From a virus: a DNA stretch of 64,000 nucleotides. Shown in pieces: positions 7,251 to 16,678 of this stretch; within the stretch, counting starts at the first letter, position 1; each line of letters opens with the position of its first letter. The stretch is taken from the IMG/VR virus record IMGVR_UViG_3300010049_000014, positions 2,025 through 66,024 of that record, one strand, 5' to 3'. Made by a program: the position numbers and the translations under genes. The notes beneath the pieces were generated by a model. That model made no database searches and was not told where the DNA came from. It worked only from the letters and a program-made list of their open reading frames with translations.

Positions 7251-10244
7251 TTATATTACCTCCATCGGCAACATCATAAAGAGTTGAATCATAAACCAGA
7301 CACAGGCATTTGTCCTAATTTGAATAGACTGTCCGTTACGTGAATTGACTATCGTCACAAACCTTGTTTGTGCGTTGTATTGTATATTGATATTGTTACA
7401 GAAGCCTATTGGTGCTTGGGGATTTTGTGCGTTGCGTCCATAATTTATAATCCAATTTTTACTTTCAACAAGTTTACCTGTAGAGAGAAGGCTATCCATT
7501 CTTTTATAACGAAGTCTGCACTGCACAAAACGTGTCCAATAAGCAAGGGCTGGATTTGCGTTAAACGGATTACCGAAGTTTGCTTCTGCGCCTACGTATG
7601 TCAACTCATTTATTGTTTTCCAACGAGAGGCGTAGGTATCAAGCAACGGAGCAGAGAAATGTACCTCCACGTTCGATAGCGGTGTGTCTGCAAGGTCTAC
7701 TACATCCGCTGTGCCATTATAGCTTTTAGTTGCTTGTGCTGGTATTGTGAAAAACGGGTTATCTCTAAGGTCAGAAACATTTATTCTATAGTCTGCACCG
7801 CCAACGCTAAACTGCATCGGTACAAAATTACCAGCAGCGTCATTAAAAAAGTCAGGGCCGTTAGCTACTACGGCAGCATCGGATGTGTTTAGTATGTTTA
7901 CTTCTAAACGGGCTGTACTTCCTTGGCTTGCGCCTGGGTCTGCGCTATTGGTATCTGGAGCGCGTCCTCTATCTGCTACCCTGCGCACTTCTACGCCGAG
8001 CCAAGGATACTTGGACGCAGTCGCAGCACTTATTGTTGTAGTAGCGCCAACTACATCACTAGTAAGTTCACCAATCTGTAACGCTGCGGCTATACGTCCA
8101 TTAAGTTCATCAGCTAAAACTGCTCCGGCTGGTTTGTAATTTGTATATGTGCTTGGAATAGTTCGATGTACCAAAAACGCAGGGGAGCTTTGGCTTGTTA
8201 CACGCAATCTAAAACGTGTTGGTCGTGCTTCTATCTCTCCTTGGGCATCAGCACCATGTGTAAGTCCTACAAGGCGTACAGTACATGATAAACCTATACC
8301 GCTTGGTCGAGGCATATTAAGGTTAAGTGTAGCTCCATAAGTAGTCAACTGCCGTTGTTGCGCAAGTAAATCTTCTCTTGCTCTAGCCAACATCATCGAC
8401 TGATCTGTTACAGCTTGCTCAAGACGCGCTATTTCAGCAGTGTCTTGATCATCAACAGATGTATTATCAAGATACGCAAGCAAATCATTTTCAGCAGTAG
8501 CTAAGCCTGTCGTATATGCGTCTACAGCCGATTCAGATGCCCTTATTTCTGCTTCTAGTGTAGCCACATCATCTACCGCCACTTCAGGAAGTCTGTTTCC
8601 TTGCTCATCTGAAAAATACGGGTCGTACCCTGTACTTTGTGCCTCAAAGGAAATTATTGCCGAAGTAGTATCAAAATTATGCTCAAGGAGCAATCTATCT
8701 CTGCCATCAGCACCGCCTAAACCTTCACCTAACGAATCATCGTCATATCTTGCCCAGACCTGCAATGTTTTTCCGTCAAGTTCACTTGCTCTTGGCAAAG
8801 CCGTAGTAGGCTCGCTCCATTCAGGTTCTTCAAGGTCTGGATTATTGTTCTTTACCCTATAAAAGAACGCGACACGTACACCACAAGCGGTTACGTCACG
8901 CGAAAATGCTGGTGGATGTCGAGGTATCGCATTGACCAGTTCAAGCGCGTTTGTATATACCATTTGACAAAAGTTAATCATAGGTATGTTGTAAAGCGCA
9001 AGAGTGCGCAAGTTCGGTAAAAGGTTTGCGGCTGATCCTTTATTGTTTGTTATTGCGGCTGTTATTGTTGTTGGCGTACCATCAAACACATCTTGACCAT
9101 TCACACTACCATCTGCCCAAGTTAAACTAAACAAAGCTGGATTAAACGACATTCCGGCTGTAAGTGCTGGCGTGCCAGGTATAAAAGTACTACTAAAATT
9201 TGGGTCTTGTCCTGCAATATTGGCGGTCATAGTACCAACCCATTCGTCATTTGGGTAAAGGCGTATACTATCTTGTATTGGTTCTAAAATATAGGTGATA
9301 CTGCCAGAAAAAAATAATAAGTTGATTGATGCGGGTATTTCTACATAACTAGTACCTATACACATAATGCTTAACTTTATCGTAGCAAACGTAGCTTCTT
9401 GTATTGCAGGCTCACCTTGCGTGACCGATACTATATTACACCTAATATCCGCAAAACCAAAACTCGATTCTGAAGGAGTGATAAGCCTTGCTTCTTTAGG
9501 AAGTTCAGTAAGAGTATCATCCGGCCCTGCGGTCGTTGCTGTAGCGGCTACTATCTGCGGCGCAGCACTCGCACCATCCGAAGGCGCGATTTCCATGTCA
9601 TGTGCAAGAGTAAATGTGTATTGTCTTGCCCCATTTGATATTATGTAGGGGATACCTTGCTGAAGTACGGCAGAAAAAAAAGATTGCCCGTTTGAGGCAT
9701 AATTCCCAGGTAACGCAGGTAAGTTTATACCATTCATCGCAAGACCTTCACGCATTTGTGAGTACATCCACTGCACAATATCTTTCGCTGTGGGTGGCTT
9801 GTCAAGGCCGCTGCCTAGTACCTGATTTTCGTGTAACGTACCTTCCATCGCGCCCATGAAGTCCCACGGAATCATCATAAGGAGTTGAAATATGGTAGGG
9901 ATTACAGACTGAACGTCCATCTCCATGCGGTCATCTTTCTGCCCACTCTGTTTATTTGTTTGTATGAATACTTGTGATGTCAGCGCGTTGTATCCTACTG
10001 CCCCTAAAGGTATCATCACCTTTGCTCCCGGATAGAAGGCTGGAGCTACAGCACCATAAACAGCACGTGAATGTTCCGGCGGTTGATGTGGAAGCCAATC
10101 AACAACACCGCGCATGAAATCATAGATAAACTGGCGTACGTCCATAAGCGGAATAAGTCCGCCTGCGAACTGGCTCCATCCATCGAAGTCGAGAAAACCA
10201 CACGTAGCAGCCCACCAATCAGGTGGCCATTTGCCAGTTGCCAC
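7251..10244 (-). CDS. Large baseplate/tail protein (997 aa) with an internal baseplate-J-like segment
   Basis: Follows baseplate J. Segment QYTFTLAHDMEI...ATATTAG...NIVSVTQG, and a coiled coil around aa 555-640. Confidence 0.6.
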   Translation of the reverse strand: MATGKWPPDWWAATCGFLDFDGWSQFAGGLIPLMDVRQFIYDFMRGVVDWLPHQPPEHSRAVYGAVAPAFYPGAKVMIPLGAVGYNALTSQVFIQTNKQSGQKDDRMEMDVQSVIPTIFQLLMMIPWDFMGAMEGTLHENQVLGSGLDKPPTAKDIVQWMYSQMREGLAMNGINLPALPGNYASNGQSFFSAVLQQGIPYIISNGARQYTFTLAHDMEIAPSDGASAAPQIVAATATTAGPDDTLTELPKEARLITPSESSFGFADIRCNIVSVTQGEPAIQEATFATIKLSIMCIGTSYVEIPASINLLFFSGSITYILEPIQDSIRLYPNDEWVGTMTANIAGQDPNFSSTFIPGTPALTAGMSFNPALFSLTWADGSVNGQDVFDGTPTTITAAITNNKGSAANLLPNLRTLALYNIPMINFCQMVYTNALELVNAIPRHPPAFSRDVTACGVRVAFFYRVKNNNPDLEEPEWSEPTTALPRASELDGKTLQVWARYDDDSLGEGLGGADGRDRLLLEHNFDTTSAIISFEAQSTGYDPYFSDEQGNRLPEVAVDDVATLEAEIRASESAVDAYTTGLATAENDLLAYLDNTSVDDQDTAEIARLEQAVTDQSMMLARAREDLLAQQRQLTTYGATLNLNMPRPSGIGLSCTVRLVGLTHGADAQGEIEARPTRFRLRVTSQSSPAFLVHRTIPSTYTNYKPAGAVLADELNGRIAAALQIGELTSDVVGATTTISAATASKYPWLGVEVRRVADRGRAPDTNSADPGASQGSTARLEVNILNTSDAAVVANGPDFFNDAAGNFVPMQFSVGGADYRINVSDLRDNPFFTIPAQATKSYNGTADVVDLADTPLSNVEVHFSAPLLDTYASRWKTINELTYVGAEANFGNPFNANPALAYWTRFVQCRLRYKRMDSLLSTGKLVESKNWIINYGRNAQNPQAPIGFCNNINIQYNAQTRFVTIVNSRNGQSIQIRTNACVWFMIQLFMMLPMEVI

Positions 10245-11449
10245 TAGATTTCCTCCGGGATAAATTGAATATCTATAAGCTCTGGAATCATAAGAAGCGG
10301 TATATCGACTAACGCAACAGAGACCAGAGAACCTTCTATCATTGTTTGTATGTAAATCTTTTTTATACTTACTGTTGGTATGTTGTGGTTTTCAACGTCA
10401 CGATATAACAATGGTTCATTTATCTGATCGATATGCTGTGTCATGTATTTGTACTTTTGAAAAATCGCGCTCAATGCCGCATTACATTGTGTATCTTTTA
10501 TTTTACTTCTATCGAAGCTGTAGTTTATTGTCATATAGAACGGACGTTTTTTATGCTGCATATAGTACACAGGGTATCTGCCGCCTGCTAGAAGCGGGTG
10601 ATCGTACCAAACAACTTCTTCAGGTTTATTCATGTGCGTCTTATAGAATGTATGTGACATGACTACACTTGCGAAGCTAACATCAGGTACACCTGTTATG
10701 ATAATTAAAAGCTCTTTTGGAAGAAGCACAGTACCGTCCTCCAAGGTCATTGGAGATACATTATCAGGATTAAAGATTAAGTTGCACGCAAAAATAGATG
10801 GGATAGCACTTAACGCAAGCTCTAGTTCACGCAAGGTATCTTGCCTGTTGGTGTCAGTAAGTATTCTCTGCCGTACCTCAAAATTAGTTTCAGGCATACG
10901 ACCTAAAGACCCGGAGTTTTCAAGACTTTCAAACGCGAAAAATGTAGTTATTTTTTCTCCGTCTATGCGTACTACAGAAGCACTTACCTGCCCTGTTACG
11001 AGCCATGAGCCTATGTTTCTACTCGCAAACAAGAGTACCTGAAAGCCTAGCGCACCAATAAATAAATCGTCAGGCAATAGACATTCAAACATCTGGCCGC
11101 CGGGGGCGGAATACAGGTATGTACCGGCAGACAAAATATGCCCATCTTTGTCGTCTATGTTAGATATGACAATACGCACAATACTTGCTTTACCGGGGAT
11201 TCTTGTTTCCCCTGTAATATACATCGCGCTTTCAAGATCATCGTCATCACAGTATCGTGGATCAAATCTATATTTTAACGCAAGAACAATGTCGCGTATT
11301 TTTGAAAAGCCAGCAGCAATCGACTTCAAAACGAGAAATATTTTATTATTATCATTACGATGAATAGTGTAGGGCGTTATAGCAGCATCAAAACTATTGC
11401 ATATATCCCTTGTTTCCTCATCAATTGTTTTAGCCTCGAATACCGTCAT
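10244..11449 (-). CDS. Baseplate J-like protein
   Basis: RFDPRYCDDDDLE, GRMPETNFEVRQRIL and typical length (401 aa). Confidence 0.75.
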   Translation of the reverse strand: MTVFEAKTIDEETRDICNSFDAAITPYTIHRNDNNKIFLVLKSIAAGFSKIRDIVLALKYRFDPRYCDDDDLESAMYITGETRIPGKASIVRIVISNIDDKDGHILSAGTYLYSAPGGQMFECLLPDDLFIGALGFQVLLFASRNIGSWLVTGQVSASVVRIDGEKITTFFAFESLENSGSLGRMPETNFEVRQRILTDTNRQDTLRELELALSAIPSIFACNLIFNPDNVSPMTLEDGTVLLPKELLIIITGVPDVSFASVVMSHTFYKTHMNKPEEVVWYDHPLLAGGRYPVYYMQHKKRPFYMTINYSFDRSKIKDTQCNAALSAIFQKYKYMTQHIDQINEPLLYRDVENHNIPTVSIKKIYIQTMIEGSLVSVALVDIPLLMIPELIDIQFIPEEI

Positions 11450-11466
11450 ATTACCATCCTCCTATA

Positions 11467-11496
11467 ATAATACCACTAAAGCAGAAGAAAAATCAA
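11467..11496 (-). promoter_or_regulatory. Candidate sigma70-like promoter TTGATT-N18-TATTAT
   Basis: Intergenic, upstream of the AGGAGG SD of baseplate J. Confidence 0.35.
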
Positions 11497-11500
11497 CCGA

Positions 11501-12115
11501 TTATGCTACATTCCCAGTCCCTACGGCTCCTGCTGCGCCACCTGTTCCCATGTCTGTGACAGGAGTTCCCATAAAAAGCCCATGAATAGCGTCCGCCATT
11601 CCATCTGCCATTACCTTATCGTGGTCTCCGTCCCGTGCCATTCTACCCATGTTGAGGAACACAGCATCCAACGCTTGTGAAAGACCTACGAACACAGGAA
11701 TCATCATTCCTGTGCTGTTGCCCACAAAAGGCACTGGAGACCATCCGACCTGTGCCATCCCTGTTACGGTCTGGTTGATTGTGCCCGGCCCTGCACCCAT
11801 CAATTGTACGCCATTCTGAAGTGCTGTTGATAACAGGCTATTCCCGCCTTTACCTTTCATAGCCTCTGTCGCGGCAAACACCGGGTTTGCCATCAGCGGG
11901 GGCGTGACTGAAGGATTTCCAGTGCCAGTGCCAGAAACAATAGGCCCAATAGGAACAGCACCGCTATACGTTGTAGACACGTCGCCGCCATCCATATATG
12001 TTTTAATAGCTTCAGCAACGCCATCGGCGAAATATCGTTCATCCTTATCCCCTTTCTTCATCTCTTTAAAGCAATTGAGAAGTTCATCTGCTAAAGTACT
12101 TTTTGATAATGGCAT
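11501..12115 (-). CDS. Putative spike-tip protein (non-PAAR)
   Basis: Directly after the spike gene. Gly-rich, with repeated ADG(V/M)A(E/D)AI...GTG. Confidence 0.45.
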   Translation of the reverse strand: MPLSKSTLADELLNCFKEMKKGDKDERYFADGVAEAIKTYMDGGDVSTTYSGAVPIGPIVSGTGTGNPSVTPPLMANPVFAATEAMKGKGGNSLLSTALQNGVQLMGAGPGTINQTVTGMAQVGWSPVPFVGNSTGMMIPVFVGLSQALDAVFLNMGRMARDGDHDKVMADGMADAIHGLFMGTPVTDMGTGGAAGAVGTGNVA

Positions 12116-13191
12116 TACCCTAATACCTGCCCTTGCTTTGCCTTTAACGCAGCTAATTTTCCCATCGCTCCGGGGCCTGTAACATGAGACCCAGGAGAAC
12201 CAACAGTATCGAACCCGGAAAGAATATCGTTGTACTCATCAAAAATATCTTTAAGGGTTGCTGTATCGTTCCCTATTGTTAATTTACCGCTGCCTTGCAC
12301 AAGTAAATCAATACTTGCTTTAGAAACTAGCTCCAACGCACCTTCAAAAATTAGCTCAAACGCTTTTTTAAACGCCATCTTTATTCCGCTATCACTTTCA
12401 ATGTTGATGTCTGCGCTTTCGCCTAACTTTATATTTACAGGAGCGTCTCTATCTCCGTCCTCTCCACCGATAAGAATATCAGTCGCACCTTCGAGCTTTA
12501 GGTCAACAGGCGCTTTATTACTTCTGTGCATACTTAAAGGAGCGTCAACCATATCATCATCAGGGTCTTCAAGCGCTCCTGCCCAGCCAGCTACAACCTC
12601 CTGCGCCGCGCTATGTAAGACCTTATATGGCCTGTTTTTCTCATAAGCAATGTACACTGGAGTTTCTTCTTCTGCTTCGTCAAACGTGACCGACAAACTT
12701 TCAGGTAGATGCGCAAATGTTTTTGCGCTTATGCGTAGATTCATTATAACATCACCATCTTCTCTTGTTGTGTTTGCTTGTATTGCCGATACTGATTTAA
12801 ATGTGGATATTAAAATACCAATCATGGAATGTACAGAGTATCCATTAGTGTTTTGTGAGATTATAACTTCCTCCCCTTCCATCACGTCACGTAACGCTGT
12901 AAACATTCTTGGGTGAAACTTATTTAGGGAAAATAAAAGCACTAAATCATCAAGTTGTGGCTCTACGTTTGCTTCAAAGAGAGCAGAAGAAAGACCAACG
13001 AGTGCCACGTCGTATGTCAATGTGTAATTCTTTGTGCCTTGAATTATTGGTACTACACGCACATTTACGCTGTCTATGATTTCTGTGATGTATCCATACG
13101 ACACTATCGGCAATTCACGAAGCCATCGTCGTTGGTTAGTCCTGTCGTTATTTTTTAATGCTTCAAATGTATCAATAGGTCTATCAGGCAT
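12115..13191 (-). CDS. Central spike protein (OB-fold N-terminus, beta-helix C-terminus)
   Basis: YGYITEIIDSVNVRVVP...PQLDDLVLLF OB-fold pattern, followed by short beta repeats. Confidence 0.65.
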   Translation of the reverse strand: MPDRPIDTFEALKNNDRTNQRRWLRELPIVSYGYITEIIDSVNVRVVPIIQGTKNYTLTYDVALVGLSSALFEANVEPQLDDLVLLFSLNKFHPRMFTALRDVMEGEEVIISQNTNGYSVHSMIGILISTFKSVSAIQANTTREDGDVIMNLRISAKTFAHLPESLSVTFDEAEEETPVYIAYEKNRPYKVLHSAAQEVVAGWAGALEDPDDDMVDAPLSMHRSNKAPVDLKLEGATDILIGGEDGDRDAPVNIKLGESADINIESDSGIKMAFKKAFELIFEGALELVSKASIDLLVQGSGKLTIGNDTATLKDIFDEYNDILSGFDTVGSPGSHVTGPGAMGKLAALKAKQGQVLG

Positions 13192-15313
13192 TAGCTTCTA
13201 CCTCCGTCAATTCAATTATTTGCTGCTCGGTGGTAACTTCTGTATATGGAACATACACGATTTGGCCTTTGTCTTCTGTTGGGTGTATCATTGCTACTGT
13301 ACCCGGTGCTATTTTGCCGCCAAAGCGGTTAATTATTGTCATATCTACTACTGCCGGAGGTCTGCGCTCTATCGGCCCGAACTCTACAAGCCATGCTTCA
13401 TTATTTTCTTTGTTTCTTTCATCAGTATTTATTATCCACATGATGGCCTCGCCTTTAGTGGGAAGTGACCAGCCGCCACTGGCATTTCTTTCAAAGTTTG
13501 GGCCATCAGGCGCGTTATTTACTTGCGGATTTTCTAGCACAAATCGTGTTGCTATCTCCTCCCATGTTGATGCAGTGTCTACTGTATTTGGGTCATCTGG
13601 ATGCAGGCGTACACGCATATTAGATTCTGGCCGACTACGCCACGGCACAATAGCTATTTCACGCCACGCAAGCGTACGTTCTGTTTGTATTATTGTTATT
13701 GTATCTCTACCTCGTATGGGAGGGTCTGTACGCGCAATGTCAGTACATTCTAAGATCATAATGTTTTTATCATCTGTTGTATCAAACTCTATTTCTGCTA
13801 ACAATACTCTATACCACGCAAGATCAGGATGTGGATAGTAAAAGCCTACAAAGTCTCCAATCATGTACCTTGATGAAAACCCAACTATCTGCATAGTTGT
13901 GATGAAGCCAACGAAAGGACATCGGATTGTTCGTAACGCACCAATACTAATGTCGTATACGGCAGGCAAAATTACTGAACGTAGTTGCCGCTGCATAGGT
14001 ATTACTTCTTGTCCTGCTACTAACTCCGGCAAAGTTTCGCGCACATGAAACAGTAAAAAATCACCGTTAGTAGATTGAAAGAATCTTATGTCAGGATATG
14101 TGTCTATAATTCCTATAATCTGCGCACCAATCATATCATGGAACGCTATTGTTGGTGTGTTACGTGTCTGCTCTGGTTCTTCACCTTGCGTGGCTGAAGG
14201 CACCAACATATCTTCAGCGTCCAATGCCAAAAGCCCGTCTGATAATATGCAATGCACACCCAAAACTACTGCGTCCTGTACTCTTAATAGACCATCTTCC
14301 AACGGCACTTCTACCCATCGTGCCTGCGGCACAAGTTTTCCAAAAGTAGGACTTGCTGTATTTTTGTCTACGAGAATTGACGGTGCTGTAGCAAAACGTG
14401 CGGGGTCAGTATTAAAAGTACCCGGCACACCTTCATCTTCGCTAGGAATATAGTCAAGAACAAAAAGTTTCGGTTCGTTGGGGTCACTGTCATCAGTTAT
14501 AGCAAGAACGCCTTTACTACGCAAATAACGCCTTGTGATATACTGAAATAAGATACGTTCAAGATTTGTTAGTGGTAGTGCTTCTCGTCGTGCGGGAAGT
14601 TGCGGAAAATTTTCGTTTGTACGCATATATTCCGCGGCGAAAAAAGCATTGGTACTGCTGCGTTGCCAAACTAAGCCGCGCTGAAGCGTACCAATTATGC
14701 CTTGAACATAGATTACTCTATCAGGAGGCAGGCTTTGCGGCTGAATTGCTAATACTTGTACATTTATTATATTAAGCGCTGTCACCATTTCTTCTCTGGC
14801 ATTAGTTATTGTAAATCCATCTAACTCATAAAACAGCTTTAATCTGTTTTGTGGATGTTCAGGGTCTGCGCTATCTTCAGTGTCATAGTTCATAGGCACT
14901 TGTGTCCAATCTGGAAATTGGTGTCTATAGCCCATTTGTATTGTACAGCTAACAATAGGATTGCCGTGATACTCAAATATTTCCTTTCCTGCCCTTGGGT
15001 TTAGTATGAACAGGTTTGTTATGTGTATGTCTACATTTATCGCTGTGGTGTTTGCTACCTGATTATATTTTATATGAATTGCAGGCTTTTGTTTTATAGG
15101 AATAAATTGCGGTTTCCCGTCAGGGCGAAAAGCTACCTCATAATCACTGCGTATAACAATAGGCTGGCCAAACCTGCGAACAAGTTTTAGATTTATTATC
15201 TTATCTGTAAGAGAAAATTGATTTAAATTCTGTGTTTCCGCACCGCGTAAAACAGCACCACCCATATTGCGTGTATATTGAGGAGGAACAAAAACACTAG
15301 CGTCATCAGACAT
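13184..15313 (-). CDS. Putative baseplate hub protein
   Basis: Position before the spike. TAINVDIHITNL...CTIQMGY resembles hub N-domains. Confidence 0.55.
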   Translation of the reverse strand: MSDDASVFVPPQYTRNMGGAVLRGAETQNLNQFSLTDKIINLKLVRRFGQPIVIRSDYEVAFRPDGKPQFIPIKQKPAIHIKYNQVANTTAINVDIHITNLFILNPRAGKEIFEYHGNPIVSCTIQMGYRHQFPDWTQVPMNYDTEDSADPEHPQNRLKLFYELDGFTITNAREEMVTALNIINVQVLAIQPQSLPPDRVIYVQGIIGTLQRGLVWQRSSTNAFFAAEYMRTNENFPQLPARREALPLTNLERILFQYITRRYLRSKGVLAITDDSDPNEPKLFVLDYIPSEDEGVPGTFNTDPARFATAPSILVDKNTASPTFGKLVPQARWVEVPLEDGLLRVQDAVVLGVHCILSDGLLALDAEDMLVPSATQGEEPEQTRNTPTIAFHDMIGAQIIGIIDTYPDIRFFQSTNGDFLLFHVRETLPELVAGQEVIPMQRQLRSVILPAVYDISIGALRTIRCPFVGFITTMQIVGFSSRYMIGDFVGFYYPHPDLAWYRVLLAEIEFDTTDDKNIMILECTDIARTDPPIRGRDTITIIQTERTLAWREIAIVPWRSRPESNMRVRLHPDDPNTVDTASTWEEIATRFVLENPQVNNAPDGPNFERNASGGWSLPTKGEAIMWIINTDERNKENNEAWLVEFGPIERRPPAVVDMTIINRFGGKIAPGTVAMIHPTEDKGQIVYVPYTEVTTEQQIIELTEVEANA

Positions 15314-15639
15314 TACGCAGCACCATCCTCATAAAGAAGTACCACACATTCAGACATATTGTCTTTGTTTAAGACCTTGCCCCGCAATTCGGGGTTACTC
15401 GACATCACACCAACTATGTTATTACCAAGACCAATAACAGGTGATTGTAATGTCGCGTTAGAATAATTGCTGTCATTTCTTTGTCGTACAAGGATATTGA
15501 TAACATTTACTTTAGCGATGGAGTTTGCTCCTGGAAACTCCTCATCAGCGATCATTATAAACACCGCCTCCATATTATCACCAAAAGAGACAGTGTATCT
15601 GTTATGTACAAAATCACTACTATTCAGTACCAGTCGCAT
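15313..15639 (-). CDS. Small baseplate protein
   Basis: ATG at 15639 with GGAGGAG SD. Position between initiator and hub genes. Confidence 0.55.
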   Translation of the reverse strand: MRLVLNSSDFVHNRYTVSFGDNMEAVFIMIADEEFPGANSIAKVNVINILVRQRNDSNYSNATLQSPVIGLGNNIVGVMSSNPELRGKVLNKDNMSECVVLLYEDGAA

Positions 15640-16678
15640 CTTCTCCTCCTTCACTCGAAGCATTTGCTCCCAACGTATTGTAGTAAGGCATGATAGTCCT
15701 TATATGCCCTTCACCAAACACAGCGCCGTATTTATCAATAACATCTTTAACCCATGTTTGCTCAACTCTACTCACATCACCGACAACAGGATTTAAACTA
15801 AGCACAGGCATTTCTTTAACGGTAAGGCTTACACGCCATATATCATCCTCTGTACCTTTTTTTTCTGCTGTTTTTTCTGTTATCACAACATACTTTTTAT
15901 CGTATCCCATCCATGTCTTAAACTCAAGGATACTTCCTCGCTCAAACATTTGATCAAGAGAGTTCTTGTTTACCATGTCGGTAGGGTTTAGTTCCCCTTT
16001 AAGCGCTGTAGAATTGGCCGGATTCTCTATTCTACGTAATTGCTGTTCTAATGCTACCCCTGCATCATGGCTTTTTTTAAACGCTGCATCAAACTGTCTT
16101 AGTATAAACTCCATGCCAGAGGCTTCAATACCAAAAATAGGAGATTCAGTGCTACTACCATCACTCATTACACCTAACGCTTCTTGAATATATTTTGACA
16201 TCTGTATACCCTGCCGCACAAATCTTCCAAAGGGCTGAAATGGCACAATAATTTCCATTTTATATTCCTTCGGATGGATTACAACATTATCAGTTATTGT
16301 CTGCATCAATCCTTGCCGTACAGGGTTTCTAATATCACCAGCAGCATTAGGATTTGTTTCTTCAGGCGGCTCAAAAAGTATCACACGTTTTTGACTTGTT
16401 TCTGCTCTATGTGTTTCACTGTACTTTACAATTTGGAAAAAGCAGAAAGGAAGCGTAATCTTTTGTGGATCAGGTGCCCACCATTTATTAAAGAAGTACG
16501 TCATGTTTTGCCAATAATTTATACTGTCGCGTGCAATATCTAGCACTGTGCGCACAACAACAGGGTACGGGTCTTGCTCTAGCGTGAACGGGTCAGGCTG
16601 ATCTTGCAGTACAGGGAACATATCACGTGTCTGATCTTGTATTTCTATTCCAGCGTTTATAAGTCCTGATCCTTGCAT
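15620..16678 (-). CDS. Putative tail-tube initiator / baseplate protein
   Basis: Follows the tape measure gene. Contains ITDNVVIHPKEYKMEI. Confidence 0.5.
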   Translation of the reverse strand: MQGSGLINAGIEIQDQTRDMFPVLQDQPDPFTLEQDPYPVVVRTVLDIARDSINYWQNMTYFFNKWWAPDPQKITLPFCFFQIVKYSETHRAETSQKRVILFEPPEETNPNAAGDIRNPVRQGLMQTITDNVVIHPKEYKMEIIVPFQPFGRFVRQGIQMSKYIQEALGVMSDGSSTESPIFGIEASGMEFILRQFDAAFKKSHDAGVALEQQLRRIENPANSTALKGELNPTDMVNKNSLDQMFERGSILEFKTWMGYDKKYVVITEKTAEKKGTEDDIWRVSLTVKEMPVLSLNPVVGDVSRVEQTWVKDVIDKYGAVFGEGHIRTIMPYYNTLGANASSEGGEDATGTE

